A stretch of 60,283 bases of DNA, counting the filler, from Bipalium vagum (Eukaryota), in assembly GCA_037834085.1 (NCBI GenBank). It is 3 parts of 3 records of this genome, joined end to end, with 100 filler letters (N's around TTAATTAATTAA, not from the genome) between each part and the next. Parts side by side here need not be neighbours in the genome. Positions count along the whole stretch, not along the records: positions 17,724 to 43,687 come from JBBMKC010168921.1; positions 43,788 to 60,283 come from JBBMKC010108522.1; 1 more part is not named here. The stretch is one strand, 5' to 3'. Within the stretch, counting starts at the first letter, position 1, and each line of letters starts with the position of its first letter. The translations under genes were made by a program, and so were the position numbers. Below, piece after piece: positions 36,643-48,150 of this stretch. Under the pieces are notes generated by a model. The model searched no databases. It worked only from the letters and a program-made list of their open reading frames with translations, and was not told the DNA's origin.

Positions 36643-39600
36643 ATGTACATGGAGGAACCAAAATTTGTAAGTGATAAAGAACTATTTTTCGATTTCAAAT
36701 TGATTTTCCATCAGTTAAATTTGAAAGATATATGGAATTCGATAACTGAGAAAGATAAGATCCGTCGCCAATCTGAAGACAAGTCGCTCATTGCGAAAGA
36801 CTCGATGAAAGACCTTTTGTCCAATGTGATAATGTTTGATAAAGGTTCTTTTTGTATATTTTTATTTTTGCTAAATTGTTGACTGGATTTTTGTTTTTAA
36901 GATGGCCAAATGCAGAAACTGAACAATGAATTGTTCTTGAACAACAATGTACACCAAGATGATGAAATTCTGTTGAATTTTACTTCCCCATATAACTGGG
37001 ACTCGAAACTGGAAACAGGAACGTTGTCACTATCCAAAATGAACAACAACAACAGGCAAAACTCTTTTAGTTCGTACAGTGGTGACGAATTTACTTGTTC
37101 CAAATCCGAAACTCCGCTTCCCGATAACCGATTCAATTTTGATCATTATTCCAATGACTTGCTCTCGCCTAATTTTCAAGATGGCGTCAATGATAAAATC
37201 TTGAACACCATTTTGGATAATCTTATGGAAGCATCGAATCAAAAGGATTTCTTTTCAAAAACCAATGTTATCAATGTTATCAATAGTTTATTGAAAAAGA
37301 AATTAACAAAACAACAGTATCAAAAGATTCAAAACGTCGTTTTAACGATTCATGGAAACTGTAATAATTATTACACAGGTAGCCATTTTTCTGACTGAAG
37401 ATTGGGGGGCACAGGAACTTTTTTTAGATATCAACAGATACTTTTAAAACATATTTTCAATGATATTGATATTTAAGTTGTTAAATCACATCTCCCCAAT
37501 TATTTATTTATAAAGTCTTGAAATAAAATAAAAATTACCTATACAAAAAATAACGTTTAAAATTTTGCCAATTACAGATCCCTTACAAGGATTCTACAAC
37601 CAGGAATTGTTAATGATGTTGTTAAAGAATCAACCGGCAGCTTATTTTCGCAAAGAAAGAGTTGTAGAGCCACTAGTTAACAGAACAGAGCAAGTGAAAC
37701 CGTTTGATCAATGCAATTCGAGCCATATTTCCTTGAAAGATGAAATTGCAAAACTCTCGATTTCGTACAGAAATATGATCGGAGTTTTGGAAAGTGATAT
37801 TGAAAAAGCTGCCGCCCTGTATCGCACTTCAGCAAGTAAGTTGTGATAAAGATTTTTGTAAATTCATCTCGTTTTTGAAGTGTGTACATTAATACAAATT
37901 ACAATTATTTAAACCTGTTGAGTCTTTTTAGTGAGCATTTAAGATTCATTCAGTCATACTTTGTATTTTTTCATATTTTGCTAGTGGTTCCACTGACTAA
38001 GTATTTTTATACATTTAAGCTGCTATGGCACAGAAAAACGAAGCAGCATACGAATGGTCAGGAAAATTACCTACAACAACCTACAAGTTGTGTCAGTATT
38101 CACGAAAAGTGTTCTTAGGTGGAGTTCCTTGGGATAGTAGTGAAAGTGACCTTGTTTCCGCTTTTATCAAGTTTGGATATTTATCTGTCATGTTTCCTCA
38201 AAAAGATCTTAATGTATCAATAAGACACTCGGTTTCATCAAATAGTTTGAAAGGTTTTCATTTTTTATTAACTTTTTCAATTTCAGTTCCATTAACAGGC
38301 TATTGTTATATAATATTTGAAACAGAAGATTCTGTAAATCGATTACTAAGTCATTGTGTGAAAAATGAAACAAATAATGGTGACTTTTACAAAATATCTA
38401 GTCCGAAATTTCGATCAAAAGATGTACAAGTTATTCCGTGGATGATTCAGGATAGTCAGTACTGCAGACAAGGATGTCAAAAACCAGATTCAAAGAAAAC
38501 GGTCTTCGTCGGTGCCTTGCATGGAATGATGACCGCATTTGGCTTAGCTAGTGTTATGAATGAGTTATTCGATAATGTTATATTCACGGCCTTAGATACA
38601 GACAAATATAAATATCCAATAGGTATGAATACTATTATATATTTTTAAAAATAATCACATGCTACTAGGTTCTGGTAGGGTGACCTTTTCAAGTCAAAAG
38701 AGCTATATGAGGGCTGTAACTGCTAATTTTATTCATATCAAAACTGCAAAATTTAGTAAAACGGTAAGTTAGGATAATTGATAACAATTGATGTGTTACT
38801 ATTTATATAAGGTGTATATAAAGTAAATATCCGATTTTAAAATGTTATATCGTAAATTCATTTAATCGAAGATGACACAAAAAATTAATATTTTTGACTG
38901 ATAATTATTACAGAATGATTGAGAAGGAGATAAGTAAAAACTATTCTGTTCAACTTTTAAAGAATTTATTAATAATAATAATTATTATTATTTTTTCCAT
39001 AAATTATAAAAGTCGATTATTAACTCCATATACCTAATAAAATATAAAAATATTTATAATCGTTGAGATCTACTAAACCTACCGTATAACTACCAAAAGA
39101 TAATTAAACCTTCAAAATGACTTAACTGAAATTAGTTGATAAATTGCACATAGGTGATTTTTACTGATTTTTCAAGTCAATCTCGTAGTTTTTTAGATAA
39201 TAACCCCAGAAACAAATCCTGGTGAAATTATGATGCAGTTATCGTAGATCGCTTAATAAAAATATTTCGGTTGAAATTTGATTTAACTGTTGCATTTATA
39301 AGTTTTCATAATTCTGAAAATCTGGACAGTTTTGTGCTCAATGGAGGCACTTTCCTGCGACCTAGCAAGATCGATAACATATCATGAAATAGCGCCATCA
39401 ATTCTGTGATGTTTGATACTTTTGTCAAAAGATTTGGATTAAGGTCAAACTGTGTTCTCATAGAGTCGTTACTGGCTTTCAGATTAGCGCCACCAGCCAC
39501 TTGATCACTTGCGTCGATTCGTGTGGTAGCTTGGTAAATGTGGTTCGGCTAACATCTGCTGGTCTTCAAAAAATCGTCCAAAGATGCGCAAAAGAACTAA

Positions 39601-41297
39601 AATAGATCAAATATTTCTTTTATACTTCTCAAGTCTCTCCTTTCTTCAAAATAATAATTATCACTTAACTATCAAACAAATTTTACCTAAATGATTTGAA
39701 GTAATCAGACTTCTAATTAATAAGCGAATCAAAAATAATAATAATTATACTAAAACGTAATTGAATAAAAATATTTCCTATTATTGGTATGTATAATTTA
39801 AGAATTACTGTCACAAATTTTACTTTTAATTTTTCATTTCTTGATTTAAAATTTATTTTTATTCGGTTCTCATTTTAAATATTAAATTCTTATTCTGGAT
39901 AATGCCTCATAGATTTCACAATGGTTTTTGAGAAGAATTATTTTACTTTGTTTCTGCTCTGAACTTAATAATTTTAAACTTTAGAAATTTTATATGTTGA
40001 ATATTATGATTATTATTATTTTTATTGTTAAAATACAAGGTCTGGAAAAGTGACGAGTCCCTGTGAAACTGACATTTTTCTAAGAAAGTTCAAATTAAGA
40101 TCAAGAATTTTTGCCTTAGTAACCAATCTTGTTTTATGAAGACATTGATTGTTCACTTGATGACAAGAGGATCATACAGTTTTAATATCCTTCTAATGAC
40201 TATTTTATCTGCTTCCTCTTCAATAATAGGTTAGGTTTTAAGACTTTGGTTTTATTGGATAAACTCTTATTCGGACACCAACAAAGAAATAAATTTCCTT
40301 CCAATCAATTTTATATTAAAATGTCTTCTATAATCTTGCTCAAAAAAGGAATACCTAAATCCCATCAATTGAAGGTTCCATACTTGTAAAATCACAGACT
40401 TCGGTATTTTTTTTAATTTTGGAGAACTACTTCAGTTTTTTAAGACCATCTTATTTTCCATTTAAATTTTTGTAATTGATTTCTAATTCATGAACCTAAG
40501 TCAATTTTAGGTTTTAACAAGATGATTTTCAAAGGATTAGAAGAAAAAGATTTTATTTCGAGATTTTAAAACATAAAACAATAAAAAGAGTGAAATGAAA
40601 ATAATAAATTGATTTTCATGATAATTTAACCAATAATTTTTAATTATAGTAAGAAATGTTTTAATCTCTAAAAACGGTATATGTGAAGTACATATAATAT
40701 CACTTTTTATGAATGCTTTCCTAAAATTACTAAAAAAAACCATTATGATTTAATTTTAATGGAAAGGTAGTTATTGGAAAATCATATTTTCAATCATACT
40801 ACTACTAATAATAATAAGGTCTTGGAGGTTTTTAGAGATGAAGGCACAATCAACTCAGGTTGTACTAAATTGATTAATTAAATGTGATAATTACAAATCT
40901 GGACAGCTCAAGAATTAAAAACTACTTAATTTGGAAAATTAAATTTCGATCTTTCAACCGAATATTTTGTGTCAACAAATATGTTACTTATTTATAATCA
41001 TTGCCTTTTTTGTATTTAGAAGTCAGCTGAAATGTACAATATTATGTTTCGAAACTTAATTTATAATAACTAATTATATTTTGTTTTCTCAATTTTTAGA
41101 TCCAAATAGACCCATATTTAGAGGATTCAGTGTGTAACAATTGTCTTCAATCTCCAGGAATCTACTTTTGTCGATCCTTCGAATGTTTTCGATATTTTTG
41201 CTCGACGTGCTGGCAGGTCTGGCATAATCGTTGTGAAACTCTTTTTAATCATAAACCTCTAAGACGAACATTTAAGCCAATATTTGACTTGCAATGA
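36643..41297 (+). CDS. CPEB1: Cytoplasmic polyadenylation element-binding protein, CPEB1/Orb subfamily (about 579 aa)
   Basis: Exons 36643-36666, 36715-36844, 36902-37378, 37578-37835, 38020-38253, 38299-38622, 38669-38763, 41100-41297 (1740 nt, GT-AG, in phase). Motifs: [12 protein letters not shown]...EWSGKLP, RRM1 [13 protein letters not shown]...[19 protein letters not shown]2 [11 protein letters not shown]...[16 protein letters not shown], and ZZ zinc finger [15 protein letters not shown]...[21 protein letters not shown]...HKPL. Confidence 0.96.
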
Positions 41298-41629
41298 AAA
41301 GTGCTTTGAAACTTTCAATTGAATTGAGACTTCAAGTTCCATTTTACGTTCACTTTTATTAGTGATATTATCCAATATTATTGTTCAACCAATTGTTTTA
41401 AATTCAACTTTTAATTATTTTATTGATATGTTTCATCGGATTGAGTTCCATTTTGAACTTTTGCTTGGTTTCTAGTTTTTATGATACTGATTAAATTTGA
41501 TTTTTACAAAATATTTTTAATGGTAATGCATAAATGTTTGCAATTATGATTTTGTACTCACGTCTTTATGAAGCATAACATTTGCAAAATAAATATTGGA
41601 AATGGAATTGGTTTGATTTTCAAAATAAA
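41298..41629 (+). promoter_or_regulatory. Putative CPEB1 3' UTR with CPE-like motifs and poly(A) hexamers
   Basis: ttttaat at 41409 and 41515, tttttat at 41476; AATAAA at 41588 and 41624. These motifs are common by chance in AT-rich DNA. Confidence 0.4.
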
Positions 41630-42394
41630 GATCAATGAAGGTTTTTCTTTAAATGTGTAAGAAAGAATTTCAAAATGAACTCGGTTTAGAATTTTCAATT
41701 GATTATCAATTATTAATCCGTATGAACTTTGAATCAAAACATTCGAGATCTACCGAATGTGATTAGATTGTAGATCTCTAATCTTTTATTTTCCAAACAC
41801 CTTGGTTTTGTTTCATATTTGGGGACACAGATAAGTCTTACATTTCTAGGTCAATTTAGGTATCTTATCGTCTTCAGAAAATAGATAATGATTGGCTTGA
41901 CATTCTTAGAGATAAACAGGTGGCTTAGCTGTTTGTAAATATTTAAAGTTTCAAAAAAGAAATTGAAAATAAAATTGAGATCTTATATTGATGTGACAAT
42001 ATATAACAATAATAATATAAATTCAGAAAAGTAATAAGTAATAATAATAATATAATAAATAAAGAGAATCTAATAATATAATAATAAAAAAGAAGAAAAG
42101 AATTTCAACTGACTGTTTTTTAAAATTTAAGATTAATAAATACTGTTTAATAAAAATATAATATAAATAGATAAAATATTTTAAAAATATGTACAAATTT
42201 AAAAACTTTTGAGGTTTTCGAAATATAATTTTTTAAATCAAATTAAGTTAAATTGATGTTATCTGAAATTTTAACTATTATTATTTATTATTATTATTAT
42301 AAATATTATTATTAAAGTTCTTAAATTAAAAAATTTTTTTACAGAAGGTTATTTGAGCTGTACACTTATTTTTCGTTGTTCTTATATTATTTTT

Positions 42395-42900
42395 TTAATA
42401 TTGGTATATAAACACTATTTTTCATCGCCAGTTATGATCAATCTCAGAAATGGATGATATTGTTGAAGAGATAAACGATATCGAGCAAGTAATGAAGCCC
42501 ACATATTGATTAAATTAACCTTCTTCGATTGGTTCAAATCATGTGGTATCCATGCAACAAGTTTTTGCACCTTTCCTATAGTGCTTTCCCATAGTGTCAA
42601 GATGATTCAGCATAGCTTTCGTCTTGGGAAATTATGGCGTCCTTTGTTTCGGATCATCCTTCAGAAGTAATTCCAAACATCTTTGTTTAAAGGCAGATGG
42701 TCTCCTTGCTTTTTGTTCATTCATGTTGAAATTTCAATTTTTGAATTTTTGAAGACTATTTTCGGTGGCTCTTTCGGAAATGAATCCTTTCCCGTATACC
42801 CTACATATATTTCAACCCCTTTGTGAGACTTTGAAATCCCCTATTAAATTCATGTGAAAGTAATATGTTCGGTTTTATCTACTTAGCACAATTTTTCAAA
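42395..42900 (-). mobile_element. Mariner N-terminal half
   Basis: IGKVQKLVAWIPHDLNQSKK...PFLRLIITGDEK*CLY (WVPHEL and ITGDEKW motifs). Confidence 0.88.
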
Positions 42901-43560
42901 CTATGTTAAAGAAGACTTATTTGGAAAGTAGAATAAAAAGCTTACTTTAGAAAGAGCAAATAATATCCTTTAAAATAAATCAATAAAAATGGATCAATAT
43001 ATATTATAATTATATATGAATTTAGTTTTAATTACACGATATGATATTTCACGATTACCAAATATGTTCATTGTTATTAATAATCTAATATTGTTAGAAA
43101 TCTTTTAAAATTTATAATTTTGAAATAAAATATCTTTAAGGTTTGTCAAACTTCATTACAAGATATTCATGTTAATAAAATTTATTCAGGTATTTTTTAA
43201 TGAGTGATTATAAAGAATATATTTAGTGAATTTTAAGTTATTTATTTATTACTTGGTCTACAAATGGTCTTCTGGTCTAGCTGTTCTTTCCTAGCTGTTT
43301 TCCAGACTTCTTTACATCCTCTCAATATCTCTATGATTACTGGTCTGATTTGTAAAAGGAAACTTTCCATACCCACTTTTTCTTTCAGTTCTAAGGACAC
43401 TTGAATTTCCGAAATAAATTCTTCAGCTTTAAGTTCATTTTCTCTGGCCTCGATCACAAGAGCTCTGACGGTACTGAGTAGTTCTATGGTTTGCTCCTTT
43501 GATGGTTGCTTCCTTTTACCTTATTGGGAATCGTTTCCACCTCCGTGAACCACTTCAGGC

Positions 43561-43687
43561 TCTCAAACTTGGACAGAAGCATGCAGTACAGCCTTCTTAG
43601 AGATGAAACTGGTGCTAAGTTACCCAGACATACGAAGAGAATTTATTCTAGATACGGACGCCAGCTTTGATACGATTGGAGCAGTGC
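43561..43687 (+). mobile_element. Gypsy/Ty3 pol fragment (RT-RNase H junction) running into the gap
   Basis: SQTWTEACSTAFLEMKLVLSYPDIRREFILDTDASFDTIGAV: the WT..C..AF..K...YPD...FILDTDAS...IGAVL motif. Confidence 0.88.
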
Positions 43688-43787
43688 NNNNNNNNNNNNN
43701 NNNNNNNNNNNNNNNNNNNNNNNNNNNNNNNTTAATTAATTAANNNNNNNNNNNNNNNNNNNNNNNNNNNNNNNNNNNNNNNNNNNN
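43688..43787. other. Artificial assembly spacer (44 N + TTAATTAATTAA + 44 N)
   Basis: Identical architecture to 17624-17723. Confidence 0.95.
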
Positions 43788-45449
43788 ATAAAAATAAAAT
43801 GACTATGCTACATAGATTTACCTTTTCAAGAGCTTTAAAATGATATATAATATTGCGCCAAAAAGTATAGTAATAATGAAGCAGTAAAACAATTTCAATT
43901 TATTAAAAAAACGCTAATAACTTTTGACTCAACCTGGTATTATTTTTATTTCATAATAATTTTTATTATAATAGACTTATTTACACTATTTATTAAAAAA
44001 AAACTTTACTAAAATTTTAAAATTTAATTTATTATTAATTACTCTTTTTTCTACTTCATTATAATGTCTTAATTCATATTTCCTAGAAGAGCTGTAGAAT
44101 TAATTCTAATAAAATATTGAAAAAGTTTCCAATCCATACTTCCGTATTAAAGGTTTAAGAAATATATTTACTAGGAATAGTTCTTTTCGTGTTTCTTCAA
44201 ATAAATGAAATTTTGTAGTTTTAAAGATTAAGTAAACAAATTTTTAAAAATATATGTGGTATTTATTACCGCAAAAGTTATTCCTTACATGATATTGATT
44301 ATGTTTTTTTGTTTACCTTAAAAATATATATATTTTAAACAGTTCACTTTTTCAGTTTTATAGTTTAAATTTAATTTATTATTATGTTAAAAAATAATTA
44401 TTTAATTTGGCTTCTTTGTCCCTTATTTTTATCTGTACAATTATTTTTAAAAAGATATTTAAAATATTTCTGAACATTATTAAAATATTAATTAAAAAAA
44501 ATATTTATTTTTTATTAATATTTAGTTAAATATTAACTAAAATCTTCTGCTCTCATTTACTTAATGACTTCAATTTATCTTAAAACAATAAAAGTTGGTT
44601 CGATAAGCGGATAATATAAATAGAAGAAATATAAAACATCCGATCAGAGTTTATTAATAGATAATGAATCAATGTCAGTTTTATTTCGATTCAACTGCAG
44701 TTTTCAAAAGTTCTCAACAAATTTTCTTTTTAACAATTCACAGAAGGTGTAAACCACACCTTCTAAAGAAATGGTAAAGGCATAATTCGATGTTCCTTTT
44801 ATTCAACCCAACATACAATAATTTTCAAAGGTGAAGAGATCAAACAGTCTTGACTTGTAAGATTTACCATGGAATGCATAAATAATCGGTGATGTCATTA
44901 AAATTTATTTTAATTTCTTAAATAAAATTTTCTTCAATTCATTAAAAATTTACCAAGATCTTTTCAGTATATTTTAGATTATTTTGTATCCCCCTGAAAA
45001 AAACCTTACTTCCACATTGATGGTCATTAACAAAAGAATAGTCTGAGAAATATTTTATGATGATTGAATCTCATTCATATGTTGTTGAAAGATTCAGAAT
45101 AATGTTGCGGTTTTAAATGTTTTAGTCACCAGTTTATGTTGTTGAATGACTTTTTTGATACATCTCCATAAAGGACACATACAAATATGAATTTTTAATA
45201 ATTAAATAATGTATTTTATATTGTACTTTATCAGAAAATACCAATTTTGATTTCATTGATGTTTCTGAATTAGGAATGCATGATTGTTTTGAAAATTTCG
45301 TGAAATGAAGTACAAGGACAATTTGTATAACCAAGATATCACATTTATCGTAGAACTACATTATTAATATTAATAAATTTAGTTTTAAGTCTTTGTTTTT
45401 CTTCATCGATTAAAATTAACTAGTTTTATTTATGACATTTTTGAAAATG

Positions 45450-46290
45450 TACAAATATAAATCCAAGCAGTGATCAAATATTTGGTAAAAATATTCAACT
45501 ATCCAAATCCACCAAACAATGATAAAAAGATGATGCCCACAATTTACGACGGTCCATAAATGGGCTGCGGAGTTTTGATAGAGTCGTACAAGCATAGAAG
45601 ATGATCCCCGTTTTGATCTCCAAAAATCTTATAGTCCTCCGGAAGTCGTGTAAGAAATACCTGAAGCGGTTCTCCATGATCATCGATTGAAAGTATCAGA
45701 TATAGATAACAGAATCGACATATCAATCGAACGAGTAAATTTTAATTTTCATAATGAATCAGACATGAAAAAATTAACGGTGCTGCATTTTCTTACAGCT
45801 GAACACAAATAACTAAGAATAAACCTTTATCAAGATTGTTTAGCACTTTTTCAGAAGAATAAAACAGATTTTATGCGATTTTTTTTACTACACAACAGAA
45901 AGCAGTGGAAACACAGGAACTCTACGCCTCCAAAGAAAGCAATGACCTTTAAATGTGCCGGTAAGGTTAGGGCATCAATATTTTGGGATACCATAGGAAT
46001 TATTATGATTGATTTTTCCAAACAGGTGAAACAATCAATTGATACCCTCATTATTGAAAAAATTATTTTTCATCAAGATAATGCACGTCCACATATGGCA
46101 TTAATTACAATGGCAAAACTCAATGAATTAAAATATGAACTTCCTCAACATCCCAATATTCACCCGATTTGGCTACCTCTGACTTTCACCTGTTCCCAAA
46201 ATTGAAATTTTTCTTGGTGGAAAGCGCATTTTCACAACAAATAAGGTTCATGAAACAGTAAATCATTATGTTGAAAAATGATGTGATTTT
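45450..46290 (+). mobile_element. Degenerate mariner
   Basis: FTTVHKWAAEF..SRTSIEDDPR, HRLKVSDI, QWKHRNSTPPKK, AGKVRASIFWDTIGIIMIDF, FHQDNARPHMA, SPDLATSDFHLFPKLK. Confidence 0.9.
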
Positions 46291-47389
46291 TTTTTCAAAC
46301 TGCCCTCACATGTTTCCATTTCACCTTTCTTAAATCTCTTCTTGTTGATATTGCTAAATTTAAATGAGCCATCAGCAATACCATTTTGACTCGTACCTCA
46401 TTATATTAACATATTAAAACAATTAAACGCTTACATTACATTTCAGAAATTCCATTTTTATATAAAACAAGTTTGGTTGCAAAACATTTACTTAATTTTT
46501 TTAGTTGTTTAAAAATCTGTTTACTTACTAAATACTCTGTTCCTAATTTTATATTTAATAATTTAAAACTATGTTTGTAAGGATAAGAAACAGAATATTC
46601 AATTGATTAAAACATTCTCATATGAATATTTTGTAACATTTTATGGAGTCACTCATGTTCTGAAATGTTTCGTTGTACATCAATTTTAAATATTAAAACT
46701 TTTACTGAAATCTGTGATATTTTAGTATTAAGTATTCATCGAAATATTTCTCATCTGATCCCATAACGAATTAATTAATGAAATAAATATTCTCATATTT
46801 TTTAATGGAGCGACTCACTCTATTAGTCAGAGAATATTTTCTTTCGAAGAACTTTTAAGGTTTCATTTTAGATTTTACAACTTCGTATTCAGCACTTACT
46901 TTTTCCATTACACAGGATAGGAATAAAAATAAATATTTTTATATGAACCAAACAATATATTTTATTTTTTAAAATAAACCATTTTTTTATTTTTAAAATT
47001 AAATTCACATTTTTTTAAATTTAAATTTTATTAATATTTATATTTACACTTGAAATTTCAAAAATCCTAAATAAAATGATTCTTTTTCCTTTTTGATTTT
47101 ATTCTACTGTCCTTTGATTTGTTTAAACTTAAATTTTATTAGAGGGACTTTCGCAGTGACTTTTAGATAATTTCACCCAATACTTCTAAAATAAATATAT
47201 TATAAATGTTTTATTATTCTCATTTTGATTAACAATCCTCGAAGTGTATAATTTATTTGTAATTAATAACATTGACTAAAAAAGGTTTTTCATTATACAT
47301 TTTTTGCGATTAAGTGCATAAATATATTAATAGAATATATATTTTAATATATTAATATAATATAGTTATTATGGATAGCATATGGGGAC

Positions 47390-48150
47390 AAAACAATTTC
47401 CGTTTTAAAAATAAATAAAGCAAAATGATACCATTACACCGGGTGGGATGTTTAGAATGTTTAACCAACTTCCAGCATTCTTGCATTTTTATGGGACTCA
47501 GAGTATTGAAAAATTGATTGATATTTTCTTTGACCTATGGAAAGTTTTCAAATTTTGTGTTTCGGAGATAAGTTTCGAAATTTCTGAATATGAAGCTATC
47601 TAGTAGATTGAGATCAACCAGGTCGCTTTGATAATCTAATGTCACATTGTGGAAGAAGAATGAAGTTTGCCAAGATATATACGAAGGAGAATTATCGTCC
47701 ATCCACCAATTTTTGTCTGACCTATTCAGAAATTGAAATTATATAACGAATTTTTGACAAATTTCATGTATCCGTCAGCGTTGATACATTGACCATATTC
47801 CAGTAATTCAAAGTGAATTGCGTCATGAAAGTTGCGCACCATACTCAGATGACACATTTTCGACATTATTTCTTCGTGTAACCATTAGATGTAAAGAGTC
47901 ACCCGATCCATCCAAGCATACCCACTTCCTCTTATTATTGAAATGAGGATAAATATCCAAGTAAACTCATTTCTCGTACGTTACATAAACATTTTTACTG
48001 AGTTCTGTTTTGATAGACTTCAAAAATTATCTTAGACAGGCTGGTGCGATTTTTTGTGTATATTTGTAAATGGTACCCATTTGCTTGTAACTGATTTAAA
48101 ATCCTAATGGTCATAAGTGCTGCAAAAACAGAAAATATTTACGGTATGTA
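47390..48150 (-). mobile_element. Degenerate mariner
   Basis: Minus strand reads DAIHFELLEYGQCINADGY plus further transposase-like remnants; heavily mutated, boundaries approximate. Confidence 0.7.
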
